This document shows positions 11,101-23,540 of a DNA stretch of 64,000 nucleotides, one piece after another. Location of the stretch: positions 5,578,608 to 5,642,607 of the forward strand of contig JBNZDD010013730.1 in NCBI GenBank assembly GCA_050575255.1, read 5' to 3'. The position numbers and the translations under genes are program-made. The DNA is from Harriotta raleighana. Its lineage: Eukaryota. Each line of letters begins with the position of its first letter. Within the stretch, counting starts at the first letter, position 1. The notes under the pieces were generated by a model. The model was not told the origin of the DNA, did not search any database, and saw only the letters and a list, made by a program, of their open reading frames with translations.

Positions 11101-13358
11101 GAAGACTTGCTGAGCAGAATTATAACCTAATATTATAACATTTCTTGTTGATTGCAAGCTGTATGGACTGGTGAATACAAGGCTAATTAATATTTGAGCA
11201 ACTTTGGGCCAATGAACAAGATGGATGTTAAGTGTACATTTATTCAACGTGTGCCCACTTTAAACAAGACTTTAAAAAATATATTCAAATTCTAGTTCAT
11301 CTTCATTCATTTCTATTAATCTATGTTCCATCATCACGCTCACACATTGACATTTCAGCAGCAAGATACTCGATCTCAGTTTGGAATTTCTGGATAACCT
11401 GATATGAACAGAAATTAACCCAATAGACTCAAATACACAGAGCTGTCACAGCAACGATTTGAACCACAGCAGGAAAAAAGAAATTTGTCAAATAATGTAA
11501 CTATCAATGTTGCCTTTTCATTGAGACTACCATGTGTCTGCTTTCTGTGATTATTAACTTTCTCAACAAAATTACGCATTGATTTCCTGTTCTGCAGGAC
11601 TCATAGGACTAAAATGAGCTTTTCATTTATGAAGAGAAAGTATGGAAACCTCTCACTGGGACAACTTTATACACCACGACTTCAGATTTAACATACATTG
11701 TCATAACTCTTCCGGTCATAAAGAGATCACACAAACTTCCACAGGTACTAAAGATCGTTTCAGCAATTGTTTGCTTTAAATCTAAAAGCAAACAGAGCAA
11801 ATTGAGCTGCACCTTAAAAATGTTGAGAACGTTTCTGAGTATTGAAGAAAGATGTGAGATAGACGTAGCAGTTTTACCAGCATGTCATTTTAATACATTG
11901 AAATTGTTCCCCATAAACAAGCTGATCCTCTGTGGATGATTAAACACCTCCCTCTCTTGCATGTTTCTTACTTAACAACCAGATTAAAATTAGCAAAAGG
12001 ATTTATCAGTGAAAAGTTGCAGCGGATGTTTGGCTGAATAAATGTGACACAAAATAACGAATACATTGTTTTCTTTTAACATTGAAAAGGCGACACAGGC
12101 CCACATACATGCCATAGGAATAACTCAATTCTCCTCTGAAGAGAAAAAATTGGAAATGGGACACTTCCTGCCAGCTTGAGTCAATAAACTGGCAGATTTA
12201 AATCAGTGGTGATGGTGGTGTGGAGGAAGACAAAGAGACTTCATTAAATGACAGGCAACTCCCCTGACTCTTATCAGGGCAATGGAGAAGGGAAGCAAGT
12301 CGGAATTATTACCCAATTCTGATCGCTTCAGAAAATCATTACTGTTCGTTCATGGCCATTGGAGAATTTTCTACACTGCCATCTATTCTACACATGTCCA
12401 GTACCTCATTGACAGCAACAGATCACATCTGCCTTGTGTTTTGTACGATTCAAGTGCTAGCAGTCGGAAAGGAGTGATTGACAGGTAGTGGATTGATTTT
12501 TTTTGTGTGTTCAGGGTGTGTGTGTAATACATCCAAATTCCACAGCAGCGTGGAGGTTATGCATTATGCATCTAAGACATTATCTTCCCCAGCACTCAAG
12601 ATAAGGGATATGCATCTGAGGCAAACATTTCCCTGGGGTGTGAAGGCAAACCATCTGAGGTATGTATTTCACTGTTGGTGTGGGGGCGTGGGGTATCCAT
12701 CCGAGGCAGCTATCTGAAACATTCATTCCTTCAGTTGTCTATAGGTTATCTAGCTGAGACATCAGTTTCCGTGGTGATTGTAGAGCAGACCATCTATCTT
12801 GTTCCCTGATAGTTGAAGGAAGCTGAGAAACGAAGGCACCTGCTTTTCTAGTGGTCTGTTGGAACATTCCTTTCAGATCCAAAGTCTTTGAGGCGTCTTC
12901 CCGACGTGAAAAGTGTGAAACAAATGTAAATTGTAATTGTATCATTTATGCAAGGTTGTTGACTGGTTTGATTCATTCGACTTCAGATTTGGTGCTTTCC
13001 TTGTTCAATTGTGAAGGCAGCATTCATTTCAATATGCCAAATTTTTGAACAGCACAATTCAGAAAAGAAAGTTAGAATTGGCATAGTGAGATGTGTGGGC
13101 TATAATTTAGATTTATTTTATACCTGGTACATTGTTCTGTGTATACACGTATTCCTGTGTCCCTTACAGTATTCAACCATGTTCCAGACATTGCAAAGTT
13201 TTCATTATATAACACCGTGTAACAATTCAGATTCCACTACAACAAAGAATCAAAGCCCATGACAGAGGCATCAAAGGACTTCCATCATGAGCAGGAGACG
13301 AGGAGGAGGAGAGAGAACTGGCAGAAAGAGATAGGAAGAAAATTGGTGAAAAAACTCA

Positions 13359-13487
13359 GAATAAGGAGCAACGTAGTTTGCTTTGTGGGAGTTTCTCTCT
13401 CGGAAAACACACAGACAGTTCACTNGAATAAGGAGCAACGTAGTTTGCTTTGTGGGAGTTTCTCTCTCGGAAAACACACAGACAGTT
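13359..13487. repeat. Direct duplication of about 62 bp around a single N (13425); probable assembly overlap
   Basis: Near-identical sequence on either side of the N. Confidence 0.8.
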
Positions 13488-15250
13488 ACAATATATCCTG
13501 TGAAACCTTTGAGACATCTCAACAACATGAGATTGTTGTTGAGATGTCATCATCTTTACAAACTCAAGGATTATTTATTATATTTATTTATCTATGCAGC
13601 AAGATTGTGCACCGATATTTTGATCAGTTTCCATGAAAGATGGTTGAATATTTAGGAGAAATTATTGATCGGAAGTTATTTTGTGGATAATTTAATTCCT
13701 GTTGCGAGCACTTCCTGTGCACTCACTCTACCACATACCCTTAAAGGCCACTCACAGAATCCTCCATACCAATTATTCATGGCGTCCATCATTAAATTCG
13801 TCTGAACTTGGTTTTGATGGATTTTTTAATAAAACGAACAGTCAAAACACCCATGAATCTAGTCTTTACTTTTAGACATGAGGTGTCTCATAAAATAAAG
13901 TCCCAGTTAGAATAATATTTTTGTAGCAAATGCATATTTTAAAATGAAAGTAGTTCTATCAAGTAAATCTAGCCTCTTTCCTTGATGTTATGCATTTCTT
14001 GCCACATTCATATGCTGTTTTAGGTTCAATGGATAATCGATTGAACACAATAGTTGAACCTAGGTATTTTACTTTCTTAAGTTGGCCGAATAAAGGCAGG
14101 AAGATAGGAAGAAAATCTTCCTAATTGTGGTATGGGGAAGTTTATGAGCAGTGACCTTTCTGCTTGTGTGTAGGAAAGAGTTAGTCTTATTCTGACACAG
14201 ATTCGGCCGGTTTCAAATAAGGTTTAAACTCACACTGGGTGTCAGATAAGGATCGCAATAATGAGAAAATCTTTACCAATAGCAGGGACAGTAGGTTTAA
14301 GAGAGGTAGCATTTTTAAAAAAAAGAAGTTGTTTCAGTCCTCATCATCACCACTTGCACACAGTGCTGTAAAATGACATTTCTCCAAGTGTCACTTCAAT
14401 AGACTATCCACCAAGTGGCCTGTCTTCCTGCATCTATCTATATCTCTGTTGCAGTGTAAATGGGAGTAATTTCAATTAATCATCAGGATGAACGATGAAA
14501 TAATCCCAAATAATGCCTGGTAACATTTTAGTTTTTTTTTAAGAGCAGAATAGAGGAAAAGGGCGGGTGGGAGGACAAGGGCTGAAATTAGCACTTGCAA
14601 AGATGGCCTCAGTGGCCATTCAACTGAATGTAGATTCAGCAGCTCCCAATGATCCCAGAACCAACGTGATGTGCATTCATTTCACAAAAACAGAATGGTT
14701 TATTCTGGAGAAATGGAAAAAAAGTCAAAGATAGACTGACTCGGGGACTTTTAAGCACAGAAGCCAAAACATTTCTGTTTCCATAGAGAGTTTATTCCAG
14801 CTTTAAAGCTGCCGCAAGTTGTCATTCGACCCATGGCCTCTGCTCAGTTTTGCCACTAAACGGATGAAACTGTGAATGTTAAAATAATGTATAACAGCCT
14901 TGGCTGTGATAGAAGTCAACACCCATGAGCAATTTGAAGAGAGTCTTTCTTCAGGTTCAGTATAAGCATTAGCATTTGGAAATTAAAATGTCATATGAGA
15001 ATTTGTTCAATAAGCCATGAGCAATGTGAAAGCCCTTAATTTGACCTATCTTGCAAATTTTTAAATTTGGAACTCAAAGTATCAGACACAGACTTAATCC
15101 AAACGCCACACAAGGACATCTTTTAATTTCGACGACACACCGAAGAATTTTACAGAGGGTGAAAATGACACTTAATAATTTTTTCAATATTGCAGTGAAT
15201 ATTGCAATATTGCTAGGCACAGTAACAAAATCAAGACAACAAAGGCACAT

Positions 15251-15822
15251 CATAGATTCATAGATTCATAGAATTTTACGGCACAAAAGGAGGCCATTCG
15301 GCCCATCTAGTCTGTGCCGGCTCTTTGAAAAGAGCGATTTAATCCCACTGCCCTGCTCGCTCCCCATAGCCTAATAGACCTGTTCTCCCTAAATAAAGAT
15401 CTAATTCCCTTTTAAAAGTTGTTATCGAATCAGCCTCCACCNNNNNNNNNNNNNNNNNNNNNNNNNNNNNNNNNNNNNNNNNNNNNNNNNNNNNNNNNNN
15501 NNNNNNNNNNNNNNNNNNNNNNNNNNNNNNNNNNNNNNNNNNNNNNNNNNNNNNNNNNNNNNNNNNNNNNNNNNNNNNNNNNNNNNNNNNNNNNNNNNNN
15601 NNNNNNNNNNNNNNNNNNNNNNNNNNNNNCCTCACACTTCTCTGCATTAAACTTCATCTGCCATGTGTCTGCCCACTTTACCAATTTGTCTATATCTTCT
15701 TGCAGATGGTTACTATCCTCCTCACTATTTACTATTCTCCCTAACTTAGTGTCATCTGCAAACTTGGAAACTGTACTCTTTACACCCAAGTCCAGATCAT
15801 TGATGTAGATTACAAAGAGCAA
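15251..15822 (-). mobile_element. 5'-truncated CR1 LINE (RT C-terminal part, 3'UTR and (AATCTATG)n tail) spanning an N gap at 15442-15629
   Basis: Translation LFVIYINDLDLGVKSTVSKFADDTKLG...LQEDIDKLVKWADTWQMKFNAEKC contains the RT FADD motif. It continues VEADSITTFKRELDLYL. The 3' stem is ggccgaatggcctcc, with an 8-mer tail catagatt repeated at 15251-15272. Confidence 0.95.
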
Positions 15823-16907
15823 TCACTGGTGGTTCATTTGGTAAAGGCTGGAGACAGAGTCAAGACAGGTGAAGAACATGAAATTAAAATAAAAAGAGAA
15901 ACTTTGCTGAAAACTGTACCCTGATAATAAAAGATTTAATGCAAGTGTTATACTGCCAGACGCTTCAATCTCAGCATGGTGATGTCAAATTTATTGGAAA
16001 CTCGATTTATTGCCTCCTGTTCAATACTGCTTCATATTGAGTCTGACAAAACCTACTTCTCAATACATTGTTTTATACAGTGTACAGTGCGCACCTTATC
16101 AAATACAAAGAATAGAAAAATCGTTTGTTTGCCTTTTATAGTTATTGAAGGGTCAGTCACACAACTTGCTCATTAACAACTAAATGCAGTATGTTCTCCA
16201 GTTCCCAGGACATGCAATGGGTGGCCTGAACAGAGCATAGGAGAGTATAATTCACATTGGCTGCATTACATGCTGCATGTGCATTAAATAGCAATTTGTC
16301 CTGTTTGAGCCCTCAATTACATTGCACAGTGGCCAGAAAATCACAGCCATAACTGTGGCAATTGACTGTCAAAGAGCAGCGTAAATGCACCAAATCAAAA
16401 TAAGCAGACATTTCCTAACTAGAAAAAGAAAAAAAAAATCACACCTTTGGTGCGTGCAAAGACAGCACATTGGAAAAGTTATCAAAGTATTGTCAGCATT
16501 AGGGTGAAGCCTTGTGTGACACACTGCAGCAATCAGACTTTATCCATTTGCAGAGTATCCGAAAAATGTAGAGTACAAACACAATACAGCAACCTCTTGA
16601 TTGTGACAACACAATGTTATCTGAGGCATGAATCAATGAGGCACCATTTGATAATTGCTTTTTGAATCAAGACACATCGTCTGGTTTGTTTGGGTTTCCC
16701 TGCAATGATAATCATTTTCCACCAATACATTTGGCAGAGGTCTGTTGTCGCCTATTTGTAGAAAGCAAATTATCAGATGGATTTCTTCAATGTTCACAAT
16801 TTTTGTACTTTCAACCATTTGACTTTTTTGGTTGTTCAGGCCCGACAATTAATAGAGAAGTAAGCCGAGTATTCGAAATGTTGCTATCGCTAAAAAAAAA
16901 AGTCAAA

Positions 16908-17060
16908 CGCAGAAAATACAGTTAATTTATGCTTCCCTCCATTCCCCCACCCCACGTTTTGATCATGTAATGCAGTGGACATTNCGCAGAAAATACAGTT
17001 AATTTATGCTTCCCTCCATTCCCCCACCCCACGTCTTGATCATGTAATGCAGTGGACATT
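16908..17060. repeat. 76-bp direct duplication around N (16984); probable assembly overlap
   Basis: The copies differ at one base (cgttttg vs cgtcttg). Confidence 0.8.
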
Positions 17061-18556
17061 TTTTGCACGAAAGAATACTGGGACTTTTTCACCTGCTTTG
17101 CAAATTAAAATTATAAATCTTTTTTCTATTCATCTTTGTGGACAGAACAAGAGTTTTGCCAATGTAGATGGTACATAAGCAAAATAATTATTGATATACA
17201 GTATTACATTTTTCAAACATTGTTACAATCTTCTATTTGCAGATGGAATGGGAAAAAAAGGAACAGAAGACAATCAGGAATACATTAGTACCTCAATGCC
17301 ATGCAAATAGGTTGAATTTTTTGGCAATGAATATGGATAGAGCCTTTTTTATATTAAAAACAATTCTGTGGCTTTATATTCAAATAAGCAAGGGCTGTGA
17401 TTGAAGCCTGTGAATAGCATCATGCACTTAAAGGGAATATTTGTTCAGGCATCGATTCATTAACGACAGAGCATGCACAGCATTTGCTTAATAGGAATTA
17501 TTGATCAAGGACATTTATTTTTGCTTGTTGCTGAATGTTCCTGTTACTGGGTCCTATTGCTTCAATATTTGCCAATGCTTCTCCATCTGAAGTAATCTCT
17601 GATTCTCCCAAGGGTACAAATTTGGCAAACACACACTGAAATCCACAAAATGAATTTGATGGCAGCTCCCGTAGAAGAAAATGTCAAGATACTTATACAT
17701 TTATCTATATTATTTAAAATAAACTGAAAAGTATTTTCACGTTAAGACAAATTAGGACCCAAACAACTGTGTGTCTTTTGTGTCATGCAACGTTTGGGAC
17801 CATTAGATAAATGAAATTCTTGGAAACAAATAACTGACTGTTTGAATTCTATTTGTATAATCTGATCTTGAAAGATGGATAAAATTTCAAGCTTAATTCT
17901 GCCCCCCCACCACCTCCACCACCGATCTTCAGCTCTGATCTTGGCAACATATTTGAGCAGAGTACCATAGATTACAGTCTCTCACAATCATACAGAATTC
18001 AGTGTTTTGTACAGAAAGCTTGCCAAGTTAGAAATGAAGAAACACAAAAGCACACATTTTCAGATTTTGCTTCAGATTTGCTGCTCTCTTTTTTGAAAAA
18101 AACAAAGAAAGCATATTAGGTAGTCAATTACTGCTGATATTGAAACAATCAATTCCTTTATCTGATTGTTTTTAATGAAACATTGCTTTTAGTGTTGCCC
18201 ACGATATCAAGCATTGCCTTACCATTTAGTACAAAATGTATAGTCACTACACTTTGAAATAAAACTTGCGAGCTGCTTTGAGATATTATCTCAACATGAA
18301 AAGTGCTAAATCAACCTCAAGGATAATTAATGGTGAGTATCCATCATTCTGTTTTGTTTTAGAAAATCACAGCTTTGTTCATTCCTTCAGTTCAGATTTA
18401 CAGTTCAATGATGACTGAAATATGAAACGGTGTTTTAATTCCATTTATTGCTTGTGATGTCTCACCAATGACATACTGTAGTAGCCCTGAAACAGGAGGA
18501 GGCCATTCAGCTCATTGATCTTATTCATTTGACACAATGGCCCGAAAGCTCTTTTT

Positions 18557-18869
18557 ATAATAATATAATCATGCTTGTATTTGATATAGCGCCTTATCAC
18601 GTCTTCGAGACATCTCAAAGCAATTAACAGGATTTACTGTAAAGTGAATTTGACTATTTGTATATTTTGTGGCCACATCACGGCAGCCACAGTCGTGTCC
18701 CATAAACAGCCGTGGTTTCAGTGACCAAATTAGTATTGTTTTTTTCTTGAGGGATTATTATCAGACCTGTGGATTAAGAAAATCGCCCAAGGGTTGGCTA
18801 TGCCGGGAATCAAACCCAGTTCTCTTGCTTGCAAGGCGAGTGCTCTATCCACAGAGCTATGGGACTCCA
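18557..18869 (-). mobile_element. Full-length diverged tRNA SINE
   Basis: Head (reverse complement tggagtcccatagctctgtggatagagcactcgccttgcaagc), core and ATT tail are all present. Confidence 0.85.
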
Positions 18870-18934
18870 TATGCGAAAATGAGATTAAAAGAGCTGCTGT
18901 AGAATTTTATTTAGAACAAAACACAAAAAAAGTT

Positions 18935-19090
18935 TTGCCCACATAAAATACAAACAGTAAAATTCACTTTACAGTATATTCTGTGAAGCGCTATATCAAA
19001 TATAAGGATTATTATTATTCTGTGAAGCGCTTTGGGACGTCGAGAAGACACGAAAAGCGCTATATCAAATGCAAAGATTATTATTATTAT
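18935..19090 (+). mobile_element. SINE 3' fragment with duplicated tail
   Basis: tattctgtgaagcgct...tatcaaat occurs twice; the first copy lacks the internal segment. Confidence 0.85.
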
Positions 19091-19121
19091 ATCCTTCAAT
19101 GCCTTCACTTCCACAAAATGT

Positions 19122-19721
19122 ATGCTGGAGGATACCTCATGCCAACACATATGATAAAATATTTATAAAGGTGGAACCAACCGTGAAATGCACAAGCAGC
19201 AGTCGTGACGTGATTCCGCACAGCACATGATTTGAAATCAAGAAAATGAGAAGGATGCCATGAGTTTCAAGCTCTCATAAATTAGAAAGCTCAACTCCAG
19301 CTAAATCAACCATAACTGACGCTCAAAACGCCAGTCTTCTTAAAACTGAGAAACTGGCCTGAGAGAATCTACATCAACGGTGTGATTTTGCAATCCACTG
19401 CTTCCTGGCAACACATCCAGCAACCACATATGTCAGACTATGACCACGGCCGTCATAGCACAACATCGCAACGAGCATTTGAAAGATATAACAAAATGCT
19501 TATGTTTCTGAAACAAATTTTTCAACCGACGCAAGTGCTGACAGTTCTCAGCACTTCAATTGTTTGATAGTACCTTCTGCCGTTACCAGTGTGATATAAT
19601 ATTTATACAACTCATGAAATCGATCAAACGTGACACAATTCTGTTGCTTGTGTATTATACGGTTGGTTCCACTTGTATAAATATTGTATCATGTTGGTTG
19701 GCATGAGGGATCCTCCAGCAT
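19122..19721. repeat. 600-bp element bounded by imperfect inverted repeats of about 90 bp (MITE/DNA-transposon-like)
   Basis: atgctggaggatacctcatgccaac...ggtggaaccaaccgt..aat.cacaagca (19122-19210) is the reverse complement of 19628-19721. Confidence 0.8.
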
Positions 19722-20699
19722 CAAGTGTTTGAATATCTTTAGTCATGCTCCTCTTGAAACACCACATTAAAAATGGATCTCCTTTTAGATTTCTGCTATT
19801 TAAAACCTGGTTGTGAGATGCCTCAATGACACTTAATGGATACGACTGTATGGTGTGGTACTCAGCGTTCAGCTGGAGAGGGAAAGTGGGAAAGGAACAA
19901 AATTGGCCACTGTTCCTATTCCAGATCACTATCCAGTCACCTTGTGCAAGGATAGCATCAACTCAAGTTTCTCTGCCCCCCAGCCACTACCTGCTCCCCT
20001 CGACAATCACTGCTTAGGTTTAAAAATAAAAAAGAATCGGTCGAGTGAGACACCAGTAACAATCTTCAGCACAAGTCTCTGCCTTCAGAAGAAAGTTGTA
20101 ATGATTTGCCTCTGCCTAGCTACATCCATTGGACCGCCATAATCCATTCACATTAATGCCCAAACAGCCTGCTTTATTGTTGCTGAAGGTATCAAATGCT
20201 GGGTTTATATTGCGGCAATGATGTATGACCAAAGGTTTGAAATCAAAGGGAACTGAACACCCACAAAGTGATCAATTCAACGCTGACACCAATACTACGG
20301 ATTCTGCCCAAGCGACTTAAATGGGGCAGGATCCCAGCAACAGCTGCTTTGGGGCACTTCAGAATCACTTCTTTCTACCTGCTCCTATGGCCATGTGCAC
20401 TCGGAGAGAGAAAAATCATTCTAGATACCAGATTTCTAGCAGGTCTTGCAGCAAAGTGTGTTGTGTGCAGTTGTCGGGTGCAAACAATGTGATGCCCTCC
20501 ACTGTTGGAACAGCTTGCTGACATGCAGCATCTAATTTCATACAAGGAGAATGACCCTCTTGGGCTCAGTACTGAAAACGTGTTGGCACTATGGAGCTCA
20601 TATATCTCGGGAAGAATCAGCACCTCCACGAGAGGGGAAGGGGAAAAGCATTAGCAAAACAAAAGCTACGCTATCCAGCTAATGCAGGCAATTAATTGG

Positions 20700-20857
20700 T
20701 TATTCAATTTGTGGCTGTTTGTTGGATCCTGATGCTCGCAGAATTGACTGTCATGTTCGCCTGCAGTCTCCACACTTTATAGTAAAATCCTGTGAAAGGC
20801 CTTGAAAAGCTTCATGAAAGCGCTCCATCAAATGTAAGGGTTCTTATTTATTATTAT
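20700..20857 (+). mobile_element. Decayed SINE 3' half
   Basis: ggctgtttgttggatc...aattgactg...cctgtgaa...aaagcgctccatcaaatgtaagg..ttatt. Confidence 0.65.
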
Positions 20858-21764
20858 GAAGTGCTAAAGAGGAACTCTTTGTCGAACTGGTGCCACTAAA
20901 TAGTTTTAGATGATCACAAATAACAGCCATTGATGGCGAAGATTCAGTCATGAGATACATAACAGCAAATACTATGTTATTTAATTATATCCAGCTTTAT
21001 TGCTTTAACTTTTGAGGATATTTCTTCCAACCACTCTCACCCAGTAGTAAAGCAAGCCAACATCATCAGCAACATGTTTTCAAAGCTGTTGCAATCGATG
21101 CGGGCCAAAATGTGATCGCTCAGCCCGAGTCACAGCATTAATGTAAATGTAAAAGTGACCGGGTTTTAAAGAAATCCTTCCTGCTAATTAAATGACAGAA
21201 TAAGGGTTTCAAGCAGTAAATAATAAATCACAAGGAATTTTCAATTGGGTTGCTAAGGCAACCGGTATGCCACTGCCATAATTGCTGTGATCCCCATCGT
21301 GCCCTTGTTGACATCTTGCCTTATCATGCATTCTGGTCAGAGATTGAGAAAGCAAGTTTTCCATTCCTCTCAGGCAATCATGTAGCAAGCACTGGGCTCC
21401 AGTGAGAGAAATACTACCAAACAAATGCTGCATTCAGACTGTAATTAAGCAGTAAGCCCCAGTAAATAACATAAGAGTATATTTCTATCAATCTGAAGAT
21501 TAAAGATGGGACAAAACTACTTGAGATTCCTTGGAAGCTCACGGCAGCTGTGTTTACTGGATATGCCTAACTGATTCATTGTGGTAAACATGCTGTTCTG
21601 CTTTCCCTGAATTCCGTTTGCATCTCAAGTCCCCTGTCCTATGCCTTGGGAATTTCTGACTTCTCGGCATTCACTCCCAATTAGTTTCCAAAAGCTTTCA
21701 ATCTCTTTGGAAGTACGTTGGGACCTCCTGATTATTCCTCGACACCTGCCATCAATCGAGTAAA

Positions 21765-22055
21765 TCTGACAGATGGAATGTTGTGGATAGAGAACTGTTT
21801 TTATTTTCCTTAAACGGAAAACCTCGCAGTTCGATGGATAGAAGTTAAATAGATCATTTAAAAGAAAACATTTTGGATGCAAAGATATCACAGGTGTTAA
21901 GAATAATGGNTCTGACAGATGGAATGTTGTGGATAGAGAACTGTTTTTATTTTCCTTAAAACGAAAAACCTCGCAGTTCGATGGATAGAAGTTAAATAGA
22001 TCATTTGAAAGAAAACATTTTGGATGCAAAGATATCACAGGTGTTAAGAATAATG
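21765..22055. repeat. 145-bp direct duplication around N (21910); probable haplotype or assembly overlap
   Basis: The copies differ at two or three bases. Confidence 0.8.
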
Positions 22056-22221
22056 ATCTGATCTGGTTAATTCTGATCGAGTAGAATTAGTTTCTGCTAT
22101 TAATTTTTGTCACGTAATGCCAAGAGTGTCACAGCATTCGTGCAAAGACCAAAATGATGCTGATGTTATTTCTGCATCACTCAACAGGCAGTCACTAGCT
22201 GCACCAGTTACAGTTGGCAGT

Positions 22222-22390
22222 TTATTATTACTAATAGTCTTTTAATTTAATATAGCATCTTTCATGTTATGAGGATGTCCCAAAGCCCTCTGCAGGCTCT
22301 ACTGTAAAATGAAGTGACTGTGTGTTTTGCGGGTGAATGCAGCAGCCAATTTGCACATTGCTATGTCCAACAAACAGCCACAAAGTGAAT
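22222..22390 (-). mobile_element. SINE 3' fragment
   Basis: atatagcatctttcatg...gtcccaaagc...actgtaaaatgaagtgactg...gcagccaatttgcaca. Confidence 0.7.
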
Positions 22391-22617
22391 GATAATGGAG
22401 ATGTTATGCGCAATAGTATATTTTATCCGTCGACAAAAACTACTAGTTTTAACAAGCCAATGGTGCAAGATTCATCCTGCATGGATGACTGCCGGGGCTT
22501 CAAGATTTCACCAGCCTTTTCCGAAGCCAATTTGGTTGTATTGACCATTATGAATAATATGAAAACTGGGTGAGACTTGATGAAAGCGGGTTGTACATTT
22601 TAAAAGCTACAATCATA

Positions 22618-23030
22618 AAATACTAATCCTTGCATTTGATATAACACCTTATCATGTTCGTCACGGCACCTCAAAGTGCTTCGGAGGACACACTGCAAAG
22701 CGATGTGACTGTGACTTCTGGCAGCTAATTTGGCATACAACAATTTGCGTCCCTCCAAACAGCCATGAAGTAAGTGCACAATTGCATCTGGGGGCAATTG
22801 TTGGCCAGGACACTAGGTTAAAAACTCCTCTCTCATTTTGAGTAGTGATGTTGGATCTTTTAACGTGAAGAAGCAGACATTGGTTTAACATCCCATCCGA
22901 AGCAACTGCAACTCCAGCAACGCACTACATCTACAGTAGTGAATTGGAATGTCAGACTATTTGAGATCCAAGTTCTGTTGTGGGGCTTCGAACTCACAAT
23001 CATCTGACTCGGAGACGGAGGGGGTTACCA
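22618..23030 (-). mobile_element. Older Deu-domain SINE, full length
   Basis: Tail at 22618, core gatcttttaacgt...ggtttaacatcccatccgaa, and tRNA head (cttcgaactcacaatcatctgactcggaga) near 22985-23030. Confidence 0.8.
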
Positions 23031-23181
23031 TGGCGACGCTCAACAAAGTGCGAGTCTATTACATGCATATTGTGGGCGTCCATGATTAATGCTCCGATTA
23101 GTTCATCGGCTTTGTCTGCCACCATAACTTGCAAAAAATCTTTTCAACAATAGGAGAATGACACACTGCATTGCTGGAGCA

Positions 23182-23540
23182 CAGCTTTTGACACTGTAAA
23201 CTGCTCAATCCTCCTCCAGCCGCTCTCCACCCACCTCAACCTTCAGGTTTCTGTCCTTGATTGGTTCAGGAACTGTCTCCACTTTGTCTCTGCCAATGGC
23301 TTTTCTTCCAGCCCCTTACTAGACCCCACAATCCCACCGCCTCGCTTCCTCTCTTGCCTCGTTCAAGGCCGGTCTCAACACCTTCCTTTTCGAACATTGC
23401 CTTCAGCTGCCCTCTCACCTCTCTGCCTCACTCACCCCTACCCCGCCCTTCCTCTTGCTGGGGTCCCAACTCCTGACTGTTAAGCACCTTGGGACGTCCT
23501 CCAGACCCGAAAGGCACTCCATAAATGTAATTTTGGTACT
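23182..23540 (+). mobile_element. Internally deleted L2-type LINE fragment
   Basis: gcttttgacactgtaaac...atcctcctccag encodes AFDTVN.SILLQ (an RT motif). It then jumps to the 3' end ttcaaggccggtctcaa...gcaccttgggacgtcctcc...ataaatgtaattttg. Similar to 34655-35560. Confidence 0.75.
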
